A DNA stretch of 64,000 bases from Candidatus Magasanikiibacteriota bacterium (GCA_943359595.1 CALRIA010000003.1:3179-67178); one strand, 5' to 3'; numbered from the stretch's first letter, positions 28,422 through 38,129 are shown. Program-made: numbers and translations. The notes: a model not told the origin generated them from the letters alone.

Positions 28422-28528
28422 GATGAGAAGATTGTCGTTATTTTACAATAATTTTAAGCAATTTGCAAGAGTACGTATTGATAATCCTGCTCAAAAGTGC
28501 TAATATAGCTTAACTTAATCAAAAAAAT

Positions 28529-29575
28529 ATGGAAATGATCATTTTTTCAGTAATTATCGTTATTCTCACAATAATACTAATTGTTTTTTATAACAAACTA
28601 AAAGATCTTAGTGAACCAAAAGAAAATGGCGATCTGTTTGTAATGCTACAATCCCAAATCCAAGATCTGGGTAGACAATTTGAACAAAAAATAGGTGAGA
28701 CCCATAAAACCATGACAGACAATCAAACTTCTATGCATACGGCCATCCAAAGTCAATTTGGTCAAAGCGCAAAAATTATATCTGATGTTACTGAAAAGTT
28801 GACCAAACTAGATGAAACTAACAAACAAGTGATGAATTTTGCTGTTCAACTGCAAGGACTAGAGGATATTCTACAAAATCCAAAACAGCGCGGCATACTA
28901 GGAGAATATTATTTAGAAAATGTTTTGTTAAATGTTTTACCACCAGGCTCATTTCAGATGCAATACAAATTTAATGATGGTGATATTGTTGATGCCGTCG
29001 TGTTTGTAAAAGATAAAGTCATACCAATTGACTCCAAGTTTAGTTTGGAAAACTACAACCGAGCTGTTAGTGAAAAAGATCCCGCACGTAAAATAGAATT
29101 TGAAAATATTTTTAAAAATGACTTAAAAAATCGTATTAACGAAACTAGTAAGTATATAAAACCAAAAGAAGGAACAATGGATTTTGCTTTTATGTTTATT
29201 CCTTCCGAAGGAATTTATTATGATTTGCTTATCAATCAGGTCGGTTCTTTGAAAACCAACACTCACGATCTTATCGAATATGCTTTTAAAGAAAAACATG
29301 TGATTATTGTTTCACCAACTTCTTTTTTAGCTTATTTGCAAACCGTGCTACAGGGATTACGTGCATTACAAATAGAGGAATCAGCCAAAGAAATTCGACA
29401 ACGAGTCGAGGAATTGGGAAAACATTTATTAGCTTACGATGAATATCTAAAAAAATTGGGCAACAACCTTTCCACGACAGTAAATAGTTACAATGCGGCC
29501 AACAAAGAATTTGTTAAAATCGATAAAGACGTGGTGAAAATTGCCGGCGGTGAAAAAAAATCGAGTCACTCTTGA
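28529..29575 (+). CDS. rmuC: DNA recombination protein RmuC
   Basis: NPKQRGILGEYYLE, IPIDSKFSLENY, DFAFMFIPSEG, VSPTSF motifs. Confidence 0.92.
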   Translation: MEMIIFSVIIVILTIILIVFYNKLKDLSEPKENGDLFVMLQSQIQDLGRQFEQKIGETHKTMTDNQTSMHTAIQSQFGQSAKIISDVTEKLTKLDETNKQVMNFAVQLQGLEDILQNPKQRGILGEYYLENVLLNVLPPGSFQMQYKFNDGDIVDAVVFVKDKVIPIDSKFSLENYNRAVSEKDPARKIEFENIFKNDLKNRINETSKYIKPKEGTMDFAFMFIPSEGIYYDLLINQVGSLKTNTHDLIEYAFKEKHVIIVSPTSFLAYLQTVLQGLRALQIEESAKEIRQRVEELGKHLLAYDEYLKKLGNNLSTTVNSYNAANKEFVKIDKDVVKIAGGEKKSSHS

Positions 29576-29625
29576 TAGAGAAACCCGATTCAGAAGAATA
29601 AACTAAATACAAATTATCCTAAACT

Positions 29626-30375
29626 TTATCTTTCGCTTATTTCAATTGATTTGATTATTGTCGGAACAACCGGTTTGGAATTTTCCCCAAAACCACCGGA
29701 CTCAACTTTACTTTCCGCAATCTTATCTACTGTTTCCATTCCGCTAACTACATGACCAAAAATTGTGTAGTTTTTTGGTAGTGGATAATCGGCATGCATT
29801 ACAAAGAACTGACTGCCATTAGTATTTGGGCCAGAATTTGCCATCGCTACCGTACCACGTAAATACTCGCCATCAAATGTTTCATCAGCAAATTTATAAC
29901 CTGGGCCACCAGTTCCATTGCCTACTGGATCACCACCTTGGATCATAAAACCTTTTATTACACGATGAAAAATTGTTTTATCATAAAATCCTTTTTTGGC
30001 TAAAGTAACAAAATTTTCGACTGTTTTTGGTGTCTGATCCTTGTTGAAATTTATAGTAAAATCTCCAAGGCTAGTATGCAAAACCGCAGTATATTGTTTG
30101 TTGGCATCGAATTGAACCATAGAATTATTTTTATTTGAATTATTAATTATTTTTTTAATAGTGGCGGTGCTAACATCAGAATCATTCTTTACCTTTATTT
30201 TATCAATAGAAATTTCTGTGGCTACGTTTACTTTAATCGAATCATCAGTAGAAACTTTATCCTGTTCAACATTATTTAAATTTAATTTTTGATCTTCGGT
30301 CTTTACTGAACAGCCTGCCATAAATGGAAGCAATAGAACTAACAAAATTATTATCTGTTTATTTTTCATAGCCAT
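29626..30375 (-). CDS. Cyclophilin-type peptidyl-prolyl isomerase, lipoprotein
   Basis: Lipobox MAGC; FHRVIKGFMIQGGDP, AMANSGPNTNGSQFF. Start moved to the Met before the signal peptide. Confidence 0.92.
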   Translation of the reverse strand: MAMKNKQIIILLVLLLPFMAGCSVKTEDQKLNLNNVEQDKVSTDDSIKVNVATEISIDKIKVKNDSDVSTATIKKIINNSNKNNSMVQFDANKQYTAVLHTSLGDFTINFNKDQTPKTVENFVTLAKKGFYDKTIFHRVIKGFMIQGGDPVGNGTGGPGYKFADETFDGEYLRGTVAMANSGPNTNGSQFFVMHADYPLPKNYTIFGHVVSGMETVDKIAESKVESGGFGENSKPVVPTIIKSIEISER

Positions 30376-30386
30376 ATTTAATATTA

Positions 30387-30944
30387 TTAAAAAATATTTT
30401 TTAATTGCTTTCTTAATATCTGCCAATTGGGAACGGTTTGTGAAACTAATAACCAAAATTTTTTACCATGGTTCATCTCTTGCAAATGAGACAGCTCGTG
30501 CGCGACTACATAAGTAGCTAGATCATCTGATAGATAGATTAATTTATAATTAAAATTTAGATTACCACTTTTAGAACAGCTTCCCCAACGACTAGTAATG
30601 TTTTTGATTATCACCTTATTATACCTGAAATTGTAGGTATTATTCAACAGGAGCAATTTTTCACGCACTAAATGTAATGCACGACTTTTATTAAGCAAAA
30701 AATCTTTGCGTCCAACAGGAAAAATGCTTTTTGATTCTTTTTCTTTATAATGCGCAATTTTTTCTAAAATCCAATCAGCATGTTGCAATAAAAAATCTTT
30801 TATTTTAGATTCTGGGAAAAATACTGGGGTAGTGATACTGATTTTACCACCAAAAGATATTGCCAAGCGAATACGACGTGAATGACGCAAACGACGATGT
30901 TGATATTCCAATTCCCTGTCTTTTAATGTTATTATTTTCTTCAT
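30387..30944 (-). CDS. YgjP/DUF45 (M48-like) zinc metalloprotease
   Basis: SRWGSCS, YVVAHELSHL.EMNH...FW. Confidence 0.88.
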   Translation of the reverse strand: MKKIITLKDRELEYQHRRLRHSRRIRLAISFGGKISITTPVFFPESKIKDFLLQHADWILEKIAHYKEKESKSIFPVGRKDFLLNKSRALHLVREKLLLLNNTYNFRYNKVIIKNITSRWGSCSKSGNLNFNYKLIYLSDDLATYVVAHELSHLQEMNHGKKFWLLVSQTVPNWQILRKQLKNIF

Positions 30945-30948
30945 CTGT

Positions 30949-31869
30949 TTAAAAAACTAATAAAATTATACCAACCATAATAATTAAAAAGGCTAAAAAT
31001 TTAATCAGCAAGTCTTTTTTATCAACTGATTCTTCTATTAGATTTGGGAAAATTTTGGCAGTGATAATCGCTAAACAGAAGACAAAAAGTACCTGGAAAC
31101 CTTCAAACGCATAGACTAGTGCACCTGGTTTTAAAGATAATGCCCATTGGTTGAGAACTAACCCAATATTGCCAATAACCACAATGCCAAAAAATAATAT
31201 AAAAAAACTTATACTATTTGATCTAAGCGTTTGCCAAAAATCTTGTCTAATTTTTTTAAAAAAGAAAGAAACATTAATTGCGATGGCATCAAAAACAATC
31301 ACCCAGAAAAAAATGGTTGGAAAGGCAGTTGTTTTAGACAAATACCGTACTACTAAAGCATAGGCTGCGTATAATCCGCATGACAACAACATCAACCAAA
31401 AGGCGGGGGAAACTTTAAATGATAAATTATTTTTTTTAATAGAAGCGACAATAGCACCAGTTAATAAGAAAATCATAGCGATAAATTCGATCACAGAAAG
31501 TTTATCACCAATTATCACCCATCCTAAAATTAAACTAAAAATAGGAATAGTATTCCACAAAATATTAATACGGGTAACTTCCTCGATCTCCATCGCTTTT
31601 ATGTAAGGTATGCCAGCTAATGTATAAAATAAACTAGCCAATAATAGCCACCACATTGTGCCACTTGATGGTAAAATAATATATTTAGCATCAACAAAAG
31701 GTAACACAAAAATACTTAAAATCGATATCAAAATCAAAAAAACATACGGATTTTTAATTTTTGACCCGATTACTATTTTTGTATAAACATTTTCTATCGC
31801 CCAAGCAAAATGCGAAGCTAAAACTAATAGAATCCAAGACATAATTTCATTAAAATAAAAAACAATCAT
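30949..31869 (-). CDS. EamA/DMT family transporter
   Basis: About 10 TMs in two repeats; real start may be ATG 31842. Confidence 0.8.
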   Translation of the reverse strand: MIVFYFNEIMSWILLVLASHFAWAIENVYTKIVIGSKIKNPYVFLILISILSIFVLPFVDAKYIILPSSGTMWWLLLASLFYTLAGIPYIKAMEIEEVTRINILWNTIPIFSLILGWVIIGDKLSVIEFIAMIFLLTGAIVASIKKNNLSFKVSPAFWLMLLSCGLYAAYALVVRYLSKTTAFPTIFFWVIVFDAIAINVSFFFKKIRQDFWQTLRSNSISFFILFFGIVVIGNIGLVLNQWALSLKPGALVYAFEGFQVLFVFCLAIITAKIFPNLIEESVDKKDLLIKFLAFLIIMVGIILLVF

Positions 31870-32742
31870 CTAAACACCAATTTTCCAAACATTTTTTTCT
31901 AAAAAAGCTTCAACAGTTTGTCGAGTGGCTTTATTGATAAGGTTGGAATGAGAAAGTTTATTATTTTTTGCATAATCAACTAATGTGATAATTTTTTTAC
32001 CTTCCAAGTACGCTAATCGTTTGTAATAACTATTGGTAACCGCCCTACCTACTATTTCTTCCATTATAGTGGTGGCACCTTTTTCATCAAACTCTTTAAA
32101 TGCTTCATAATATTTTTTTCTGTCAATGAATTTTATATTTATCGGCACAAATCCTTCTCGTATTAATAAATAATTATTTATGACACGCCCGATACGGCCA
32201 TTCCCATCGCAAAATGGATGGGTGTATTCAAAAATAAGATGTAATTTTGCAATTCTTTTAATAATATTTTCATAATTTGCAGCATTATATTCGGACAACA
32301 TTTTTTCCAAACGATCCACGATTTCTTTGGGGTTAGGCGCAATATGACTACCAACACGTACAAATTCATTATTATTTCTAAATCTCCCAGCAATCTCGTC
32401 ACGAATATTTGAAATTAACATTTTATGAAGCGACAAAATTACTTCGAGAGAAAGTTCCTGTTCTTTGGCTCTAGTATTTATATATGAGACAACTCGTGCC
32501 AAATTTTTGACTTCAAAAATTTCTCGTTCAGTAATATATCTATCCAAATCAATTTGCAAAAGTATTTTTTCGGTCTCTTCTAGCGTCAATGTGCTATTTT
32601 CTATAGCGTTTGAATTATACACTTGTTCAGCAACTTCTGTTTCGGCAATAAGCTGAAGCAACGCCTCTTTACCGGTAGACGTTTTATAGAACCTCTCACG
32701 AAGAGAATTCACCTTATTAAAAACATTGAGTATTTTAGCCAT
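31870..32742 (-). CDS. Fic family protein with a C-terminal DNA-binding-like tail
   Basis: HPFCDGNGRIGR catalytic motif; SNAIEN inhibitory motif (YNSNAIENST). Confidence 0.92.
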   Translation of the reverse strand: MAKILNVFNKVNSLRERFYKTSTGKEALLQLIAETEVAEQVYNSNAIENSTLTLEETEKILLQIDLDRYITEREIFEVKNLARVVSYINTRAKEQELSLEVILSLHKMLISNIRDEIAGRFRNNNEFVRVGSHIAPNPKEIVDRLEKMLSEYNAANYENIIKRIAKLHLIFEYTHPFCDGNGRIGRVINNYLLIREGFVPINIKFIDRKKYYEAFKEFDEKGATTIMEEIVGRAVTNSYYKRLAYLEGKKIITLVDYAKNNKLSHSNLINKATRQTVEAFLEKNVWKIGV

Positions 32743-32850
32743 ATGTCAATATTATACACTATTTTCACGGTTTTGTCAACATAAACGTGAAAATTCGTCT
32801 AATAATGGTAACTTTCACGGTTTTGGATTATTAAATACATCCAATTAGCA

Positions 32851-32924
32851 AGGTTAGAACCGAAGATTTATGGCTATGATTAGAACAAAAAGAAGCTCTA
32901 AATAAGCTTCATTTCTCTTGGCGG
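32851..32924 (+). pseudogene. Decayed C-terminal fragment of a tRNA-targeting large serine recombinase
   Basis: Reads RLEPKIYGYD/(1-nt deletion)/EQKEALNKLHFSWR into the tRNA antisense. Aligns with the 34591-34668 remnant and with the tail of the intact recombinase. Contains the tRNA terminator GAAGCT..AGCTTC. Confidence 0.6.
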
Positions 32925-33007
32925 AGAGGGTGAGATTCGAACTCACGAGGCCTTGCAGCCTACCGCTTTTCGAGAGCGGCACCTTCAACCAACTCAGACA
33001 CCTCTCC
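32919..33007 (-). tRNA. tRNA-Ser(CGA)
   Basis: GGAGAGGTGTCTGAG...CCGCT-CTCGAAA-AGCGG, long variable arm, GTTCGAATC, ends GCCA. Confidence 0.96.
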
Positions 33008-33047
33008 AATGCAGATAAATAATACTAAAAAAGAATGGATTTGTCCA

Positions 33048-33719
33048 TTACCACTCTATTCCTCTTTTCCCATGTTTTCTTAAATATTCATTACATTTAG
33101 AAAAATGTTTACAGCCAAAAAAACCAGAGTAGGCTGACAATGGTGAAGGATGCGGTGCCTCCAAAATCAAATGTTTTTTACTATCAATCAACGTCTTTTT
33201 ACTTCTAGCATAACTCCCCCAAAGCATAAAAACGACGTGCTCTCGTTTATCGGAAATCGTTTTAACGACCATATCGGTAAGCTCTTCCCAACCCTTTTCT
33301 CGATGTGAAGCCGGATTATTGGCCACTACAGTTAGAATAGCGTTTAAAAGTAAGACACCTTGTTTGGCCCATGATATCAAATTCCCAGTTGTAAGATCTT
33401 TTCTTATCCCCAAATCATTTTGTATTTCTTTGTAAATATTTTGTAGTGACGGTGGCACCTTAACATTTTCCGGTACAGAAAAACTGAGACCATGTGCTTG
33501 ATTTTCACCATGATAAGGATCTTGGCCCAAAATTACCACCTGAACATTGGAAAAAGTGGTTAACCAAAAGGCTCTAAAAATATCCTGCGGTTTTGGGTAG
33601 ATAGATTTTTTAACATATTCTTCACGCACAAAATCAGCCAATTTCTGAAAACGTTCCGAAGAAAAATAATCCTGTAATATTTTCGCCCATTCTGGCTCAA
33701 TATCTACCTGTTTTGACAT
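33048..33719 (-). CDS. ung: Uracil-DNA glycosylase (family 1)
   Basis: ILGQDPYH, VPPSLQNI, GVLLLN, PHPSPLS. Confidence 0.97.
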   Translation of the reverse strand: MSKQVDIEPEWAKILQDYFSSERFQKLADFVREEYVKKSIYPKPQDIFRAFWLTTFSNVQVVILGQDPYHGENQAHGLSFSVPENVKVPPSLQNIYKEIQNDLGIRKDLTTGNLISWAKQGVLLLNAILTVVANNPASHREKGWEELTDMVVKTISDKREHVVFMLWGSYARSKKTLIDSKKHLILEAPHPSPLSAYSGFFGCKHFSKCNEYLRKHGKRGIEW

Positions 33720-33927
33720 AGTTGTAATAAAATTATTATTATATATTATTCTATCATGAATGATTGTTTAGACAAAATTACAAAGTGAGAAACAAAAAAA
33801 TATTTTAAACACAAAGACCCTCGCTCGGACATCCACTTTTTCAAGTGAACACCGAGACGAGGGTCTAAGAAACCAAGGACCGGACATACGACACCGAAGT
33901 GCCGAGAATCCGAATGACCAAAGTTTC

Positions 33928-34350
33928 TTACTCGCAAGCGACGAGAACGCCGGCGAGTGGAAAAAGTCGATCGCGGAGAGCGCCCAGGTGGACGTACGGA
34001 CGACCACCCTGGATGAAAGCAAACGGCGCAAAGACGACATCTTCCGCGTCCACCACCCGAGCATTCTCGCTGATTGCAAGAACGCACCACCATTTTTTCA
34101 TCTCCTTGGGATGATTTTGAAGGACGTCGGCGAGATCGCCAACGTTCCCGAGAGTAAACCCAGCAGTCGTGAGACGCACGGCGGCTTGTTCGCCCGTCTC
34201 GTTACTGAGACACGGTTCCACCCGTAAATTCACACCAGTGCCATTGACCCAGTTGCACTTCTCGAAGAGCGACTGGAGGTTCTCACTAGAATCGGCGGCG
34301 CCACATTTGCCTTTTATTGCCAGGTTGAACTGGCCGGTTGTATTTTTCAT
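33928..34350 (-). CDS. GC-rich hypothetical protein (ORFan)
   Basis: SD AGGAG upstream of ATG 34350; promoter TTGACA..TATACT near 34547-34576; long GC-rich hairpin at about 33815-33866 downstream. Confidence 0.55.
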   Translation of the reverse strand: MKNTTGQFNLAIKGKCGAADSSENLQSLFEKCNWVNGTGVNLRVEPCLSNETGEQAAVRLTTAGFTLGNVGDLADVLQNHPKEMKKWWCVLAISENARVVDAEDVVFAPFAFIQGGRPYVHLGALRDRLFPLAGVLVACE

Positions 34351-34590
34351 CGTATACACTCCTGCTCACAGGTAATCCACCCCAACGAAAGACACTACCA
34401 GTGTCTAACCCCAAAATGGTACGCCTATAAGCACAACAGACTAGAAACAATTTCCAGCCTTCTTTCTATCTTATTTAGCTTAAATAAGGCAAAAAGAAAA
34501 CTAGTAATAATATTAAAGAATGGATTATTTGGCTAGAATAACAAGTGAGTATAGCATAAAATGATGATTTTGTCAATAATATGTCCTGTA

Positions 34591-34668
34591 AAGATGTTCT
34601 AACTGCATATTTATGGCTATGCTTAAAGAAAAAGCGACGCACTTGCGTCGCTCAATCTGTCTTGGCGG
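34591..34668 (+). pseudogene. Decayed recombinase C-terminal tail at the left border of the integrated element
   Basis: Codons KMF*LHIYGYA*RKSDALASLNLSWR align without gaps to [26 protein letters not shown] of the intact recombinase. Embeds the terminator AGCGACGC-ACTT-GCGTCGCT. Confidence 0.7.
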
Positions 34669-34758
34669 TGTGTGATTGACGTTATCAGAACTAATGTTAC
34701 AACCTCTCCATGACAACTTAAAATTCCTCATCTGCGCGCTTTAGGTAATTCGCTGTAA

Positions 34759-35517
34759 TTATGATACCAGCTTTTGCATTTTTAGAACACCGTTTACATC
34801 AATAATCTGTATATTTTTATCTTTTATGAAATCCCTAACGCCTTGACTAACTCCGCCTAGACTAATAATAATTCCTTGCGTTACCCCAGCGGATTGCATT
34901 GCTCCATACAGATCTCTAGCGACATGAGGCCCAACTTGTTTTTTATGCGCCTTGCATTGTACAAATATTTTGAAATCATTATCAGCTGTAAGTATTAAAT
35001 CAATACCGCCGTCCCCAGTGCTTTTTGTCTTAATGACCGATGAAAAATGTCCAGATTTTTGAAACAATTTTGAAACAGCTTCCTCAAATTCAAAACCTCC
35101 TAATGAGAACCAATATCCCGCTTCAGCCTTTTTTGCTTCTAAAAGTTTTTCTTTCTTCGCATCTTCCAAGACTTCCTCGTAAGTGTTTAAAGCTTTTAAA
35201 TATTTTGAATAACGCATGCCAAGTGGGTCCATTTTCTTATTAGGAAAAACTAAACTTCCAACAAGTAGCCCAATTATTGGTAAATTTAAATCAAGCCTTT
35301 TCCTTCGATTTTCAAGTTGTTCATTAAGGACTGCGGTCTTCTGATTCTTTTCATACGCTATTTGGGCCATTTTTAACTGTTCAGGATCATATAGCTGAAA
35401 ATTCTCAGCAATAGGCTGTTTTAAGTCTTGCCCTAGTATGGTTCTCTGGTCCATCTTTCGTAATTCTTGTATGAAATCCGAAAAAACATCGTCTTTTAGT
35501 TTATCGCCATTATTCAT
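34759..35517 (-). CDS. Mrr-family (Mrr_cat) restriction endonuclease
   Basis: GFEFEEAVSKLF, TGDGGIDLI, VQCK, VG..VARDLYG motifs. Confidence 0.85.
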   Translation of the reverse strand: MNNGDKLKDDVFSDFIQELRKMDQRTILGQDLKQPIAENFQLYDPEQLKMAQIAYEKNQKTAVLNEQLENRRKRLDLNLPIIGLLVGSLVFPNKKMDPLGMRYSKYLKALNTYEEVLEDAKKEKLLEAKKAEAGYWFSLGGFEFEEAVSKLFQKSGHFSSVIKTKSTGDGGIDLILTADNDFKIFVQCKAHKKQVGPHVARDLYGAMQSAGVTQGIIISLGGVSQGVRDFIKDKNIQIIDVNGVLKMQKLVS

Positions 35518-35623
35518 ATTGACTAAAATTTGTTAATAGAAATTATGATCGGGGTTATAACGCTCCCCCTACAATATTAATTTCCATGGTTTTGTATGTG
35601 GTACGACAAGTCTAATCACGTCA

Positions 35624-36250
35624 TTATAAAATCTCAAATTCTAAATTAGACAATCCTAAGCCTTCCAATAATATCTGGTTTATTTTAAATGTCGCTTGAT
35701 TCGCTTTTATTGGGTCATCCGCTAGATCAACAAGCTTTATATTAATACGCCTACTAACCTCAAAAAGTATGTTTTGTAGGTTATTTATTTTATCTGGAGG
35801 ATAGTCGTTTTCTATAGAGGCTTCAATATCAGTTAAACTTTTTGAAAAATCTTCTGCTATTTTATGAATCACTGCTCGCCGATATTTATTAAAATTGTTC
35901 AAAGGTAGGAATATAGTATCACCTTTAATATATTTTTCTAGAATCTTTATCAATGCACCTAGAGGAATATCTGTTTTAATGTTTTTTTCTGTGGTGTTAT
36001 GGACTTTGGCTCTAAGCTTTTCTGCGCTGTCTATAACTCCCTTTAGGGTCTGCTCCATTCTTTGTGATTGAATTAAGAAATAGCCAAGATTGTATCCTTT
36101 TCTAAAATACTCATCATATCGACGTGTTAGTTCATTGCTTCGAATCAAAGTGTTCAATAACTGTATGAGAACAATCTTGTATTCGTAGGCGATGCTTTTA
36201 TCGGCTTCAGTCTGTTGCAACAACGCACGAAGCCCTTCTAGTCTATTCAC
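35624..36250 (-). CDS. Hypothetical protein with a HEPN-like Rx4H motif
   Basis: All-helical; PLGALIKIL...LNNFNKYRRAVIH resembles the HEPN RxxxxH motif; GTG start. Confidence 0.5.
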   Translation of the reverse strand: MNRLEGLRALLQQTEADKSIAYEYKIVLIQLLNTLIRSNELTRRYDEYFRKGYNLGYFLIQSQRMEQTLKGVIDSAEKLRAKVHNTTEKNIKTDIPLGALIKILEKYIKGDTIFLPLNNFNKYRRAVIHKIAEDFSKSLTDIEASIENDYPPDKINNLQNILFEVSRRINIKLVDLADDPIKANQATFKINQILLEGLGLSNLEFEIL

Positions 36251-36355
36251 AGGTTTTTATATTAAAAAGGGCTTCTAAATTTAGAATTATAGAGTCCTGC
36301 CGATATTGTATATTCAATACGGTGTGTCGTCAACGGCATTCGAACTGGGGTATAG

Positions 36356-37582
36356 CTAAGATTGACTATCCATGGTACGAATTTCTTTTTCAAATAATTT
36401 CCGAATTAAATCCCAATCTATTCTATTAACCCTAGCTCCCGACGGATGAATCACTGCAAATAGTTTATACTTGCCGAATTCTGCCCTTACTGCCATCCGT
36501 CCACCATTAGATTTCCGCGTATATAAAACAGCTTCATTTTGTACAGAACCAAAAATATCTTTTAATCGATCATACGTCTCAATACCCAGAACCAAAATTC
36601 TTTGCGGTCGAAGTGTCTCGATCATTTCTTTTACTTTAGAAAAGCTAAATTCTTCCATCTTAATCCTCGTCTGCTGAGGTATATTTTGTCTCCAAATACT
36701 AATTGTAGGCGCACGGAAAAATATTAAAGGGAATACCACACTGCTCTTAAGAAGATCCAACCCTCCATCAAAATCAAAGAAACTTCTTACCCTTCGTGCC
36801 ATTGGATAGACACCTAGTAGATATTCGTTGGAATTTGGTAATTGAAAATTACTTTCTTCAAAGGCGGCTCTATTCTCTTGCGCAAAATCTTCTTCAGTAC
36901 CGCCCGGCTGATAGCTAATAATCATTAACGGAGGATCAACAACGACTGGTGAATAAAACACTTTAATGCCGTGCCTCCAAAAAGAATATTTATTTTTGTA
37001 TTCCGAATAGACATCTTTTGTTATATTTTCTGCCCATGTTTTTACGTTCATCATTTTCGGAAATTCAATGGGTAATTTACTAAGTTTATCACAAAAAATT
37101 TTTCCAAAACTGCCTTCGCAAATATCCTTATCATTTAACATCGTTTCCTTTACTTTCATCCAGTTTGCGCCAAAAAAATTCTGTTTCTCGAAAAACTCTT
37201 TGAAATCTTGCGCAAAAAATTCAGAAAATTTTTCAAAAGTAGTAAGTCCTCCCGCACGTTGTGCGATATCCCACGGCCTAGCGTTTATATTAGTAATGCC
37301 ATATTCAATTTTAGGATATAAGGTAATTGATTGAAAGTTTTTATATTCACTTTTGAAATAGGTGTACATTACTTGATCGATAAGAACAGTAAAGGCGAGG
37401 CAATACAAAAATCGCATATTATGCCAAGGATCGGTTTTGACATGAGACATAGTATTTTCATTCAAATCTTGAATTGGAATATAAACACCCTCGCCAGGAT
37501 GTTGATAAGTCATTTTTGATTTTGCCATAAATTCGGCAAAATCGTTGCGAAAATTTTTATAGTAGTAATCTTTGGGTTCCAT
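36356..37582 (-). CDS. Two-domain protein: unknown N-terminal domain plus a uracil-DNA-glycosylase-superfamily C-terminal domain
   Basis: MIISYQPGG (motif A-like), LRPQRILVLG, AVIHPSG (motif B). Confidence 0.65.
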   Translation of the reverse strand: MEPKDYYYKNFRNDFAEFMAKSKMTYQHPGEGVYIPIQDLNENTMSHVKTDPWHNMRFLYCLAFTVLIDQVMYTYFKSEYKNFQSITLYPKIEYGITNINARPWDIAQRAGGLTTFEKFSEFFAQDFKEFFEKQNFFGANWMKVKETMLNDKDICEGSFGKIFCDKLSKLPIEFPKMMNVKTWAENITKDVYSEYKNKYSFWRHGIKVFYSPVVVDPPLMIISYQPGGTEEDFAQENRAAFEESNFQLPNSNEYLLGVYPMARRVRSFFDFDGGLDLLKSSVVFPLIFFRAPTISIWRQNIPQQTRIKMEEFSFSKVKEMIETLRPQRILVLGIETYDRLKDIFGSVQNEAVLYTRKSNGGRMAVRAEFGKYKLFAVIHPSGARVNRIDWDLIRKLFEKEIRTMDSQS

Positions 37583-37586
37583 ATTA

Positions 37587-38129
37587 TTATTTTCCTTCCA
37601 TTATTGTTACTAATCTACCAAGCACATTGATAGTGCCTCTTTTCTTTTCTAATTTTTCCTTTGGAAACAATTCTTTATATCTATTAACATCTCCCCGTCT
37701 TTGTTTAGCAATATATTTTGATTCAAATTCACTTTTACAAAATGCCGAATTGCTTTGAGTATTTGCGCCTAAAATATTTAACAACAGAAATTCTAAGCAT
37801 GGTGTATTTTCAATCATCTCAATACCTCTATTCTTAGCTTCTTGTCTAGCTTTTTTCATTTCTTCTGCGGATTTATCATTATCCAGAACAACAATTTTTC
37901 TATCAAAAGCACCTGGTATTTTAGACGCATCAACTACTATACTCTTAGCATCTCCACCTTTGCCTTTTCTAATAGTGATGGCAACATTACAATCACAAGC
38001 ATAAATACTCTTTAAATATTTTAAGAACATCTCTTCTCCGAGACCCTCCCCAAAAATTAAAAGTGTTTTACTGGCATGGCGTCTCTTTATTTTAAATGGA
38101 TTAGTGCGGGACATAAAATTTTGGCACAT
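37587..38129 (-). CDS. RloB-family (TOPRIM-like) protein
   Basis: LIFGEG..EEMFL, VVLDND, ENTPCLEFLLL; TAATG coupling to the upstream ATPase. Confidence 0.82.
   Translation of the reverse strand: MCQNFMSRTNPFKIKRRHASKTLLIFGEGLGEEMFLKYLKSIYACDCNVAITIRKGKGGDAKSIVVDASKIPGAFDRKIVVLDNDKSAEEMKKARQEAKNRGIEMIENTPCLEFLLLNILGANTQSNSAFCKSEFESKYIAKQRRGDVNRYKELFPKEKLEKKRGTINVLGRLVTIMEGK

Noticed and set aside
33746-34375. Several overlapping alternative ORFs (115, 103, 71, 79 and 68 aa)
   Set aside because: These are by-products of locally high GC; only the frame with an SD-led ATG at 34350 is supported.
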